Program-made: the position numbers and the translations under genes
Origin: Candidatus Hodarchaeota archaeon
GTDB taxonomy: Archaea; Asgardarchaeota; Heimdallarchaeia; Hodarchaeales; Hodarchaeaceae
Direction: 5' to 3'
NCBI GenBank assembly: GCA_016840035.1
Contig: JAEOTC010000148.1
Span: forward strand, 1 to 42,650
DNA length: 42,650 nt
Notes under the pieces: generated by a model
Seen by the model: only the letters and a program-made list of their open reading frames with translations
What the model was told of the DNA's origin: nothing
The model's database searches: none
Shown here: piece by piece, positions 28,261 to 37,066 of the stretch
Numbering within the stretch: position 1 is the first letter of the stretch
Layout of the letters: each line of letters opens with the position of its first letter

Positions 28261-28992
28261 CTATAAAGAGGCAACAATTTTGCTCTTTAATCGAATTATT
28301 TCTTTGAGAGCTTTTTCTCTACTTTTTTTTCTCACAATAATAATAACAACGTATTTACGAAAGCGATCTACAAAAACCATGTAGTCTCTACCCAAAGAAA
28401 ATTGGAGCTGTTCAATCTCCTGACCAATTAAGATACTGGACTCAATAATCACCTTACACATCTGTGCAAGAGTATTAGCATGAGGATGAATATCAGGAAT
28501 TGAAATAGTTGTAAAGACTTGATGAAAATTCGGTTTTTCAAGCAATATGTAGTCAGAGAAAAATGAACTATCCATTATATCAATAATCTTACTCAATCCA
28601 ACGACGTCAATCGATATTAAGGAATTATACTCTCTCTTCAAGAAATCGTTGAAATCGACAAACTGGTGATCATCGAAAGATAGTTCGTCCTTTAGCTCTT
28701 TCTTGAATTTCGCTTCAAAACGTCGAAGAGTCGTATTAGCGAAGTTCATCTCTTTTAGATCATGTTCATGTGAAAAGAAAATTCCATAGGTATACTTGCC
28801 CTCAATTATATGCACAATGTACTTCCCTTGATCAATTGTTTTTATACCAGAATCATCTGTTTCCTTAACAGCATTGAGAACAGCGCTCATTAAACCTGCA
28901 CGTAAATCTTCATCAACGTCCGAGAAACCTGGCATAAATGAATAGGAGAAAAGTAAAAGTCCATTTTTAGTTGTTATGTTGACACCTATCAA
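28261..28992 (-). CDS. Longin-like domain protein with a second longin/roadblock-like domain
   Basis: IGVNITTKNGLLLFS...DEDLRAGLMSAVLNAVKE...IKTIDQG...RFEAKF follows the longin pattern. The C-terminal half has a helix/beta-meander/helix pattern. TTG start. Confidence 0.72.
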   Translation of the reverse strand: MIGVNITTKNGLLLFSYSFMPGFSDVDEDLRAGLMSAVLNAVKETDDSGIKTIDQGKYIVHIIEGKYTYGIFFSHEHDLKEMNFANTTLRRFEAKFKKELKDELSFDDHQFVDFNDFLKREYNSLISIDVVGLSKIIDIMDSSFFSDYILLEKPNFHQVFTTISIPDIHPHANTLAQMCKVIIESSILIGQEIEQLQFSLGRDYMVFVDRFRKYVVIIIVRKKSREKALKEIIRLKSKIVASL

Positions 28993-29263
28993 GAATATTA
29001 CCTAGAACCGATTATATTGCAGAATTTAATAATTAATCATTTATCTTTTAGAATAGTTGCAGTAAATTACTTGTTTAACGCCTTTTGATAATTAGATAAC
29101 TCACTGGAATGAAAATGATGTAGTTTATGAGCTTTATCGGACCACTAAAATAATTTTAGTTAAAATCTCAAAATCCTTCTCATTGCTAGTCTTTCAAATC
29201 ACTACTTTCATTTTCGGCCTATCAAAAATCTTGAATACGCGATGGTTTTTTGGATACCTGAGG

Positions 29264-30505
29264 ATGACAGTGCTAATTATTGATTCCAGTAATTCAGGGG
29301 CGGCAGGAGATATGTTAATAGCCGCCTTATTAGATATATGCTCCGAAAAGCAACGCAATCAGTTTTGTGACACATTTACATCTAGTCTGATAAAACATGA
29401 TCCTCAATTTCAGTTACAATGGAAGAATGTCACAATTGAAGGATTTTCAGGAATACAGCTTGTCACAAATGCCAAAAAACGCTTCTCCCCCTCTGAATTA
29501 AACACAATTTTACATGATTCGAGTAATACACTTTTGAAAAAGGAAATTTCTATTCAACGAGCCATACAGGCTTTAAACCACCTCAAGAAAGCAGAAATGA
29601 AAGTTCATGGAATTGAAAAGGAGGATCATAAGCTTCATTTCCATGAATTAGCAACAATTGACACAATTCTCGATATTATTGGATTTTACTTTCTTTTGGA
29701 GTTACTTGAAGTAGAAATATCCAGTGTAAATTTATTGCCCATAGCTATAGGGGGGGGAAACAAAATTATTTCTCATGGACTAGTTTCTGTTCCCACACCT
29801 GCCACGAGCGAAATTATTAGAAGAGGAGAATTACCAATTCAAGGAGGTCCTGTGAATGGAGAGCTATTAACACCTACAGGTGCAGCTATCCTGGCGTCTT
29901 TACAGGCGATATCGATTCAATATTTACCAAGTATGACGGTAAAGAAAATTGGTCGAAGCTTTGGTACTATTCCTCCAGAGAATGGACAACAGCCTTTTCT
30001 AAGAATATTACTTGGAACTGAAAAATCTCTTTTGCACACAGAAGAGATTGTTACTCTTGAGACAAATGTTGATGATGTAGATGGAGAAACCATCGGGTAT
30101 CTATTCGATATACTCTTTCGGAAGGATTTGGTCTTAGATTTTATTGTAATTCATACAATCATGAAAAAAAATCGACCTGGGTATCTTCTTCAAGCTATTG
30201 TTGAACCTAGGAAAGTTCAGGAAGTGTCATTACTTCTAATGCGAGAATTGGGTACATTAGGTGTAAGAGCATTGTCAGGATTCAGACATATTATCCCAAG
30301 AAACTATACTACCCAAAAATTTAATGTTGGAGAGGGAATGAACGAAGTTAAAGTTAAACGTGGCTATTTTGGGGATGAAATGATTACCGAAAAGGTTGAA
30401 TATGAGGACTTAAAGCGAATTGCCCTCGAACAGGAAAAACCACTCCGTAAGGTTCGGAAGGATATTACTTCGGATATTATTAAGGAGAGTGAGACCAATG
30501 AATGA
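29264..30505 (+). CDS. larC: Nickel pincer cofactor biosynthesis protein LarC (nickel insertase)
   Basis: SGAAGDMLIAALLD, AEMKVHG, HFHE, HG-x-VPTPAT, GELLTPTGAA, ETNVDD, MKKNRPG, TLGVR and EYED. Start placed at MTVLIID. Confidence 0.93.
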   Translation: MTVLIIDSSNSGAAGDMLIAALLDICSEKQRNQFCDTFTSSLIKHDPQFQLQWKNVTIEGFSGIQLVTNAKKRFSPSELNTILHDSSNTLLKKEISIQRAIQALNHLKKAEMKVHGIEKEDHKLHFHELATIDTILDIIGFYFLLELLEVEISSVNLLPIAIGGGNKIISHGLVSVPTPATSEIIRRGELPIQGGPVNGELLTPTGAAILASLQAISIQYLPSMTVKKIGRSFGTIPPENGQQPFLRILLGTEKSLLHTEEIVTLETNVDDVDGETIGYLFDILFRKDLVLDFIVIHTIMKKNRPGYLLQAIVEPRKVQEVSLLLMRELGTLGVRALSGFRHIIPRNYTTQKFNVGEGMNEVKVKRGYFGDEMITEKVEYEDLKRIALEQEKPLRKVRKDITSDIIKESETNE

Positions 30506-31274
30506 TTTAGAAGAAATTTTAAGAAAAGTAAAAGAAGGAGAAATTGATATAGAAGATGCAATAAAGACAATCAATCTTTTTGGTCTTGATTTCGTTGGTG
30601 AAGGAGTAAAAATGGACACGAGCCGTCAAATTAGACGTGGAATTCCCGAAATTGTGTTTGCAGAGAGAAAGAGACCTCAAATGGTAGTTGATATTGTTTC
30701 TTCAATAATGGAGACTCAACAGATATGTCTCCTCTCACGTGTACTAGATAAACACTTATCTCTTCTGAAGAAGCAATTTACTCCGACTTATGATCTTGAT
30801 TTCTCTTCAGATTCAGAACCGTATACAGTTACAGTAAAGAGAAAAGATTATTCTCCCCCTGAACCCAGGCAGAATATTGGTATACTTACAGCTGGTTCCT
30901 CTGATATTCCAGTTGCAGAGGAAGCAGAGGCAATTGCTCGTATAATGGGTGTGGGGGTCATATCATATCATGATGTTGGAATTGCAGGAGTTCATAGGTT
31001 ATTTACACCTTTAAAGGAGCTTGTAAAGTACAATGTGAAAGTTGTCATTGTTGTAGCCGGAATGGAAGGCGCTCTTCCTGCTATTGTTTCAGGATTGGTC
31101 AGAGTCCCTGTAATTGGTGTACCTGCGTCTACAGGATACGGATATGGAGGAAAAGGAGTAGCTGCTTTGATGTCCATGCTTCAAAGTTGTTCTCCTGGAT
31201 TAGTTGTAGTGAACATCGATAATGGAATAAACGCTGGAGCTACAGCGGCATTGATTGCTAAACAAAGTAAATAA
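30498..31274 (+). CDS. larB: Nickel pincer cofactor biosynthesis protein LarB (PurE-like carboxylase/hydrolase)
   Basis: RRGIPE, AGSSDIPVAEEA, DVGIAGVHRL, AGMEGALP, PASTGYG, MLQSCSPG and VVNIDNG. Start at MNDLEE overlaps the larC stop. Confidence 0.94.
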   Translation: MNDLEEILRKVKEGEIDIEDAIKTINLFGLDFVGEGVKMDTSRQIRRGIPEIVFAERKRPQMVVDIVSSIMETQQICLLSRVLDKHLSLLKKQFTPTYDLDFSSDSEPYTVTVKRKDYSPPEPRQNIGILTAGSSDIPVAEEAEAIARIMGVGVISYHDVGIAGVHRLFTPLKELVKYNVKVVIVVAGMEGALPAIVSGLVRVPVIGVPASTGYGYGGKGVAALMSMLQSCSPGLVVVNIDNGINAGATAALIAKQSK

Positions 31275-31346
31275 ATATTGGGTATCGCAAAATCAAATGA
31301 GAATACACTTTGATTGATATACAAGATTGAGTGAGGTTTCAGGTAA

Positions 31347-32021
31347 ATGTCGGATGAAAAATCAGATTTGAAACAAGAGGAAGGAAAAAAAGAGGAAACT
31401 ATAGCAATAGAAGAGGAAGAAGCAGAATTGACTCCTCCAGCTGAAGAAAAGCCACCAAAGAAGAAGTATGTCTTCAATTGCACGAAATGTGGACAATGTT
31501 GCGAAAAACGAGAATATATTCCAGTATCTTTTGATGATATTAGAAAATGGACTCAATCTGGGATCATAAATACAGTCTTTCCTAATCTGAAAATGCAAAC
31601 TTTCCCCGCTCAAGTTCAGGGAGAAATGCGGGAAGTGATCTCAATAGTCATTGCTGCGTCAGATGATGGAGGATGCCCTCTCTATGATAAGGAAAATAAA
31701 TTATGCAATATTTATCACTCAATGCCCTTAGAATGTCTTGCTTTTCCTCTTGGTTTTAATGGTAATCAGTATTTTATTAAAGATAAAACTGTCCCTGGCA
31801 TCGGTAATGGGACCATGACCAAAGAACAGCTTATCAATGATCGTGATAATGCCAGAAAAGACTTTGAAGCAAGAGTTGAAACACAAACTCTCCTCCCATT
31901 CACATATACACTTTTCATGCAGAATCTAATTGAGCAACAACAGAAAATCAGAGACGAAATGTCAGAAGAAAAGAAAAAACAATTAGATGACCTCTTGCAG
32001 GCCGAATCTAAAGAAGAGTAG
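31347..32021 (+). CDS. YkgJ-family cysteine cluster (Zn/Fe-S) protein
   Basis: FNCTKCGQCC, CPLY, CNIY and P-x-EC-xx-FP motifs, with an acidic N-terminal tail. Confidence 0.85.
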   Translation: MSDEKSDLKQEEGKKEETIAIEEEEAELTPPAEEKPPKKKYVFNCTKCGQCCEKREYIPVSFDDIRKWTQSGIINTVFPNLKMQTFPAQVQGEMREVISIVIAASDDGGCPLYDKENKLCNIYHSMPLECLAFPLGFNGNQYFIKDKTVPGIGNGTMTKEQLINDRDNARKDFEARVETQTLLPFTYTLFMQNLIEQQQKIRDEMSEEKKKQLDDLLQAESKEE

Positions 32022-32027
32022 CCCCTT

Positions 32028-32771
32028 TTATTTATATGTGGGTGAATAATCACATTTCGAACAGATCCACCTAGAGAAGGGAAGAATTAAATCATCTCTT
32101 CCTTCCTGTTCCATTTTTTCAGAATAAGGCAGGAGATGTCCTACCCCACATTCAGGACAGGGCGGAGTAGTTATTATACTTGTATCTTGAGGTATAAAAT
32201 TGTCAAGGGAAGTAATTTCTTGGGATCTACGAGGTTTGGGAGTAATCTTTTTTGTACTTGAGGTGGTTTTCTTCTGCTTGGTGGTATTCTTCTTTTTTTT
32301 CGCAGGTGTTTTTCGTGTGGGAGCTTTTCGAGTCGATTTCGCTTTAGATCCAGTTGTACTTGCTTTCTTTGTTGTAGCTTTAGTCTTTTTAGCTTTAGTG
32401 GTTATTTTTTTTGTCTTAGAAGATTTAGGCTTTTTTACTTTCTTATTTTCTTCCTGTCCCTCTGCTAGTTCTGGTACAAGTCCACCCTTTGGGATAGAAT
32501 CAATAGATTCCGTAAATTCCTTTGTTTCTTCACCTTGATCTATAGTCTGGACTCGATAGGTTAAACCATATATTCTCCTGATCTCAGTTGCAGCAGTAGA
32601 AGATATAAAACGAGTTTTGACAGCAGCACCTTTCCCTATCCAGATCCATATCTTTCTCTTTTCATCATCAACAATAATAAAAACAGATTTTGCCTTAAGG
32701 TCTTTAGGAGAAAATGCTACTGGATCCCAATGGCCTTCAGGAGTCACTGAGTATGCTACAAGTCGAGTCAA
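32028..32771 (-). CDS. Gelsolin-like domain protein with Lys/Thr-rich linker and C-terminal zinc ribbon
   Basis: Residues 1-90 (L-xx-SVFIIVD...IWIWIGKGA...A-xx-I...TIDQGEETKEF) fit the gelsolin repeat pattern. Residues 110-182 are a basic linker, followed by CPECG...WICSKC. Confidence 0.78.
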   Translation of the reverse strand: MTRLVAYSVTPEGHWDPVAFSPKDLKAKSVFIIVDDEKRKIWIWIGKGAAVKTRFISSTAATEIRRIYGLTYRVQTIDQGEETKEFTESIDSIPKGGLVPELAEGQEENKKVKKPKSSKTKKITTKAKKTKATTKKASTTGSKAKSTRKAPTRKTPAKKKKNTTKQKKTTSSTKKITPKPRRSQEITSLDNFIPQDTSIITTPPCPECGVGHLLPYSEKMEQEGRDDLILPFSRWICSKCDYSPTYK

Positions 32772-32883
32772 TCAATCATCTGCCTTTTTACACTATTTGA
32801 AGTATGCTAGGCAGTGAGAGTTAAGATTTTCCCATCGGTTTCTATTTACTTTATATCCTCAGAATCTTTGGATTAAAGTAATT

Positions 32884-33489
32884 CTAAGAATCTCTGAGAA
32901 TTGCTCTCGTCCGAACAATAATTAAAGGAATATTCCTAATATCAACGGTTTTCTGATAGCGTATATGGGATTCTGTGTATTTGATTTTTTCACCAACAAG
33001 AAAATCGAAGACTCGCTTCTTTTCTGGATAATCCAGTGGTAGCGTAAGATAGAAATTCATTTCTCGAAGTAATAGCCCCTTCAAGGATGTGATTTTCCTA
33101 GTAATTCTGATGCTAGTATTCCCAATGTAGATTGTATACCCCCAAAAAGGAAAGAAGGATCGTCTTCCTTGAGCTTGTTTATTGATGAGTGTCTTAGAGA
33201 TTCCTAGACTTGATAATGCTGGGATATATGCAATAATGATTATGGAAGCAAATACGAGTGGTAATATGATCAAAGGTAAATTCATGACATAGAAGGAAGG
33301 ATTCATCAAACTTGCTTCGGCTCTATCAAATTCTTCAGTAATTGTTTGCGGGACAGTTCCTGATTCCGAAATAGTTAAGGAATTAATGTTATAAAACAAG
33401 ATAAGAGTAGATCCTGTGACAAAAAACGAGATTAATATTATGTAAATGAACTGACTCTGTCGAATACCTGAAATTGAACCGCGTAGCAT
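32884..33489 (-). CDS. Hypothetical membrane protein (two TM helices plus soluble C-terminal domain)
   Basis: Two hydrophobic segments. Lies 20 nt downstream of the wHTH gene on the same strand. Confidence 0.7.
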   Translation of the reverse strand: MLRGSISGIRQSQFIYIILISFFVTGSTLILFYNINSLTISESGTVPQTITEEFDRAEASLMNPSFYVMNLPLIILPLVFASIIIIAYIPALSSLGISKTLINKQAQGRRSFFPFWGYTIYIGNTSIRITRKITSLKGLLLREMNFYLTLPLDYPEKKRVFDFLVGEKIKYTESHIRYQKTVDIRNIPLIIVRTRAILRDS

Positions 33490-33509
33490 CTTTATTTTAC
33501 TCCAAGAGC

Positions 33510-33986
33510 TTATTTTTCTTTGATAATCTCATTTAATTCGCTTCCATGAATCGTGACTAGTTCAACGAGTCTGTTCATAAAGCGATTTTCTGCATTCGCA
33601 TATACTAATTTTAATCGTGGATGAATGTCCTCTGTTGAAACCAGATTTTGAGTGCGTAAATATTTTAAATCTCTGTAAATTGACTTACTTTTTTCTGATA
33701 TACCTAAACTTCTTGCTAATTCTATCCCTGAGCTTCCTTTGGGATATAAAGTGGCTAGTTGCATAAGAATTAACCGTTGATGTAATGAAAGCGGAGATGT
33801 AAATAGGTAAAGGATCGCTGCATAATAATCACGTGTTAACTCCTTTAGACGATTTGACACAGTATTCAGATAATCCTTTAATTCAGGTTTTACTTGAGAT
33901 GTTGTATTTAATGAATCAAGGATTTTTTCTAATGTATCGATATCTTTTTTTTCGTCCTCTATGCTTCTAAAAGACATATTTTCCAC
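33510..33986 (-). CDS. Winged helix-turn-helix protein with N-terminal coiled coil
   Basis: SGIELARSLGISEKSKSIYRDLKYL-xx-NLV is an HTH followed by a wing hairpin. Confidence 0.72.
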   Translation of the reverse strand: MENMSFRSIEDEKKDIDTLEKILDSLNTTSQVKPELKDYLNTVSNRLKELTRDYYAAILYLFTSPLSLHQRLILMQLATLYPKGSSGIELARSLGISEKSKSIYRDLKYLRTQNLVSTEDIHPRLKLVYANAENRFMNRLVELVTIHGSELNEIIKEK

Positions 33987-34117
33987 TTATCCTTTGTATA
34001 TTTTGGGGTTTATTAAGTCTAAAGGAGGTGTATTCTATCACACAAATAACCTCTTGATTCCTAAGAATAAATTTAGATTGGGTTCTAATTTGAAAAAGTT
34101 TTTTTGAGGATTCGAGG

Positions 34118-34615
34118 TTGAAGGTTTATTCAAAGAGAGTATTGGAAACTTTAGGAATGACGGTCAGCGAGGAGAAGGATCAGCCAATCAATTATGAAAC
34201 TGCGATTAAAGGTACAACGCTGGATGTCTATTTCTATTTATTAAGAAAAAAAGAAGCTGCGGGAGTTCGAGAAATACAACGTGGATTGGGGTTATCTAGT
34301 CCTAGTGTATCCAGTTATCACTTGGACAAATTAGAATCTTTAGGAGTTATCAAGAAAAACAGATTTGGTAATTTTGAAATTGCCAAAAAAGTCGATATCG
34401 GTGCGTTGAATCAGTTTATTCTGGTAAGAAATTACACACTTCCCCGATTTCTATTTTATGCGGTTTTTGTTTCCATTGTATTTATTGGTTATATCCTTTT
34501 CTTTTTTACTTTGCCCTTAACAACAGGAAAACTCTTCGCACTCATTTTTGGTGCTTTTGGTACAGGAATTTGCTGGATTGAAACCTATCTATCTTGGTTG
34601 AAACGTCCATTTTGA
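34118..34615 (+). CDS. Membrane-anchored winged helix-turn-helix transcriptional regulator
   Basis: GTTLDVYFYLL...GVREIQRGLGLSSPSVSSYHLDKLESLG wHTH, followed by PRFLFYA and two C-terminal TM helices. Confidence 0.82.
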   Translation: MKVYSKRVLETLGMTVSEEKDQPINYETAIKGTTLDVYFYLLRKKEAAGVREIQRGLGLSSPSVSSYHLDKLESLGVIKKNRFGNFEIAKKVDIGALNQFILVRNYTLPRFLFYAVFVSIVFIGYILFFFTLPLTTGKLFALIFGAFGTGICWIETYLSWLKRPF

Positions 34616-34622
34616 TAGAAAA

Positions 34623-35150
34623 TCAGAGAAATCTAACCCGTTCACTTATATCAATAGCGGGGAATTTCGGTTCTTGTTCTGTTTGTCTCCATAATTCTTC
34701 CAGTTTAAATTCATCAAGTAGAGCTGCAACTTCCTTAACAAAATGAATTAATTCCCGAATTTTCCGTGAAAAACGATACATTGAAACTTCATCTAGCCGA
34801 TACCCTAGGAATATTCGTAGATCCTCGTTGGGTCCCGTCGTTATTACTCTACTGGTGAAATATTTTCCCTGAATCTGAAGAACTCTCCTTAAAAAAGCTG
34901 TAACTGCTTCTTCTGATTCTTTCTTGAGACTAGTTAAACCATTTGAAAAGAAAGATATGTGCGTGAAATTACTTTCCAAAGCAATATGAATATCAGGACA
35001 GTTTTTTATGGGAAGAAGAATATTGAATGCATTATCATGAGTATCTTTTAAAAGTACGTGTTCTAATCCAAGAAGATCTAACCAGTGTTTAATTTGCTCT
35101 ACTTTCTGGGGAATTACCGTATGTGCTTTTACAGGTTGAGTAGCTCGCAT
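34623..35150 (-). CDS. Hypothetical protein, possibly YbjN/CesT-like fold
   Basis: 175-aa ORF with ATG start and a helix-beta3-helix-beta2-helix pattern. The fold call is tentative. Confidence 0.55.
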   Translation of the reverse strand: MRATQPVKAHTVIPQKVEQIKHWLDLLGLEHVLLKDTHDNAFNILLPIKNCPDIHIALESNFTHISFFSNGLTSLKKESEEAVTAFLRRVLQIQGKYFTSRVITTGPNEDLRIFLGYRLDEVSMYRFSRKIRELIHFVKEVAALLDEFKLEELWRQTEQEPKFPAIDISERVRFL

Positions 35151-35307
35151 TTTTTAATTTCTCTTGAGTTTCGATAGGACTTTATTGTCACAAATTGATT
35201 CGTTGATTAACTTAACTTCTCTTCCCCCCCTCCATAAATGTTTTCATTTCATTCTGTTTCTGATTAAAGGTAAAACAAGTAATTTCCGACTCTCCTCTCC
35301 TCCATTT

Positions 35308-35889
35308 TTAGGGAAAGATTGTGGAATTTAGATAGGGGACAAGTGCCATAGTCACACTTTGTTTAAGAATATCATAACGGGTAACAAAATTTTGACTGAA
35401 GAACCCTACGACACCTTGCTTCTTTTTAATATCTGGAACCCCACTCTTTTGTTCCGCAAGATCACCAAGCTCGTGGTAGGTATGACTAGTTAATAGATCG
35501 TACCATTCCAATGGTAAAGGTATTCCACATCCTCTAATTGTTTCGATAGCAATGTTTTGACCTACTGAGGAGTAAACAATTATTCTTGCACTATCCGAAT
35601 TTAACTTTACTATTCCTCCCTCAATACCTACATAGTAATCGTATGCAGGATATGTTTCACGAGCCTGTACAACTCTGAGTCTAGAATGATCTTTCGTTTC
35701 ATCCTCTCCAATAGGTTGAGAAGCATTAGCGGTTGGAACAACAACTTCTTTTGAATCAATCTTCAAATTTTTAAAAAATAGTAGAAAAGCATCGGTAGTT
35801 GCTTTTATTTTTACTGGATTCTTACTAGCCACTAAAACATTTATTTCTTTCAGGGGAATCACTTCTATCTCACAACAGTTGGTCTTCAA
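35308..35889 (-). CDS. yjjX: Inosine/xanthosine triphosphatase (YjjX/DUF84 family)
   Basis: VASKNPVK, QPIG-x-ET, VGIEGG, ELG, KQGVVG and VTR. Exact start uncertain. Confidence 0.88.
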   Translation of the reverse strand: MKTNCCEIEVIPLKEINVLVASKNPVKIKATTDAFLLFFKNLKIDSKEVVVPTANASQPIGEDETKDHSRLRVVQARETYPAYDYYVGIEGGIVKLNSDSARIIVYSSVGQNIAIETIRGCGIPLPLEWYDLLTSHTYHELGDLAEQKSGVPDIKKKQGVVGFFSQNFVTRYDILKQSVTMALVPYLNSTIFP

Positions 35890-36559
35890 GATTATGGATA
35901 ATACGAGAAGCTATTATCCATGCTGGTTTGGTTTCTTCATATAGGGAGATTTGTTGAAAATCTAAATTTGTGGGCAATTCTGCATTGAGTAAAAAGGATG
36001 ATTCACCAGATTGGAAACCTCCTATTAAAAATACAGAGTCGTCATCTACCTTGGTGTTAAATTTAAAAAACTCATTTGAAGTTTCAGTGAGTCTCTCTAG
36101 CAGGAAGATCCTATTCTGAGAGAAATTCTCTAATATTTGGTTCATTGTACAATTATCAACGGTTAAAAGCGACTTACCCTCAATGGGGATACGCTTTTTG
36201 TATAGTAGTTGGGAAAAAAGGCCAACAAATCGGTTATAGTTTACTGGAATTCTCCAATCCGAAGGAATATGAATACATCGATTGTTATATGTGTGAATAA
36301 TAATTTTTACTTTGTTATCAGATATAAGGGGAGAATATAGGAGGTTTAAGAGAGAATAGTAGATGATATCGGGTCTTCCTCGTTTCTCACGAGAGGGCAG
36401 ATCCTTCATCAAAGAGGCATGAATTGCATTATCTAAAAGTATTCCCCGATTCTTTTTACGGGTATTCGTTTTCCACTCTTTACGAATCAGTGGATGATTT
36501 CTCAGTGATTCAGGAATCAATTCGATTGCAGTTTCGAAAAAAATAATGGATATTACCAT
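35870..36559 (-). CDS. nep1: SSU rRNA pseudouridine N1-methyltransferase Nep1/Emg1
   Basis: E-xx-IELIP, LLD-xx-H, RGRPDII-xx-SLL, IHT, RIPVNYNRFVGL and IGGF-x-G. Confidence 0.92.
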   Translation of the reverse strand: MVISIIFFETAIELIPESLRNHPLIRKEWKTNTRKKNRGILLDNAIHASLMKDLPSREKRGRPDIIYYSLLNLLYSPLISDNKVKIIIHTYNNRCIHIPSDWRIPVNYNRFVGLFSQLLYKKRIPIEGKSLLTVDNCTMNQILENFSQNRIFLLERLTETSNEFFKFNTKVDDDSVFLIGGFQSGESSFLLNAELPTNLDFQQISLYEETKPAWIIASRIIHNLEDQLL

Positions 36560-36856
36560 ATTTTGTCGATTAATCCTTTTTGAGTGAAATTATTTGTTTT
36601 TAACCATTTATTTTCTACAGGTATTCATACGTTCGTCAAATTCTTGGAAATCCGACAATACACAATTTTTACCAAATAAAGCATTAATCATACTCACTAT
36701 CTGAATTAAATTATTCACATCAGAATATCCATCTTTTATTTTTGATAGAATCCACGTTCCAGTTACAGATAATTGGAGGACGAAATATATATTGGATTTC
36801 ATAGTCCTTTAATTAAATAAAACCCTAGATGATTCTTCTAAATAGGTGAAAAAGTA

Positions 36857-37039
36857 ATGTTGCGTAATTTCAAACTCCCAGGCAAACTTAAAACCATCCA
36901 ACATCCAGGAAAACGAGTTGAGATTTGGATTAATAGTAGAAAGGTGGAAGCTATTGAGGAATATTCTTTTCAGGATCAAGTATTTCTGAAAAAATTCATT
37001 TCAAATCTTGAGAATATGGGGTGGATTGTTTTAACTTAA
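36857..37039 (+). CDS. Small hypothetical protein (60 aa)
   Basis: ATG preceded by an AGGTGA SD-like motif. Protein-like composition and no overlap with neighbours. Confidence 0.5.
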   Translation: MLRNFKLPGKLKTIQHPGKRVEIWINSRKVEAIEEYSFQDQVFLKKFISNLENMGWIVLT

Positions 37040-37066
37040 GATGTGATGCTTCTAGAATGTAAGAAT

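Noticed and set aside
29144-29160. Inverted repeat ACTAAAA-taa-TTTTAGT upstream of larC as a nickel-responsive operator
   Set aside because: Very AT-rich, expected by chance, and unlike the NikR box as I recall it.
36608-36802. 64-aa minus-strand ORF
   Set aside because: No motif or clear ribosome-binding site, and it plausibly overlaps the nep1 promoter region. Cannot be supported.
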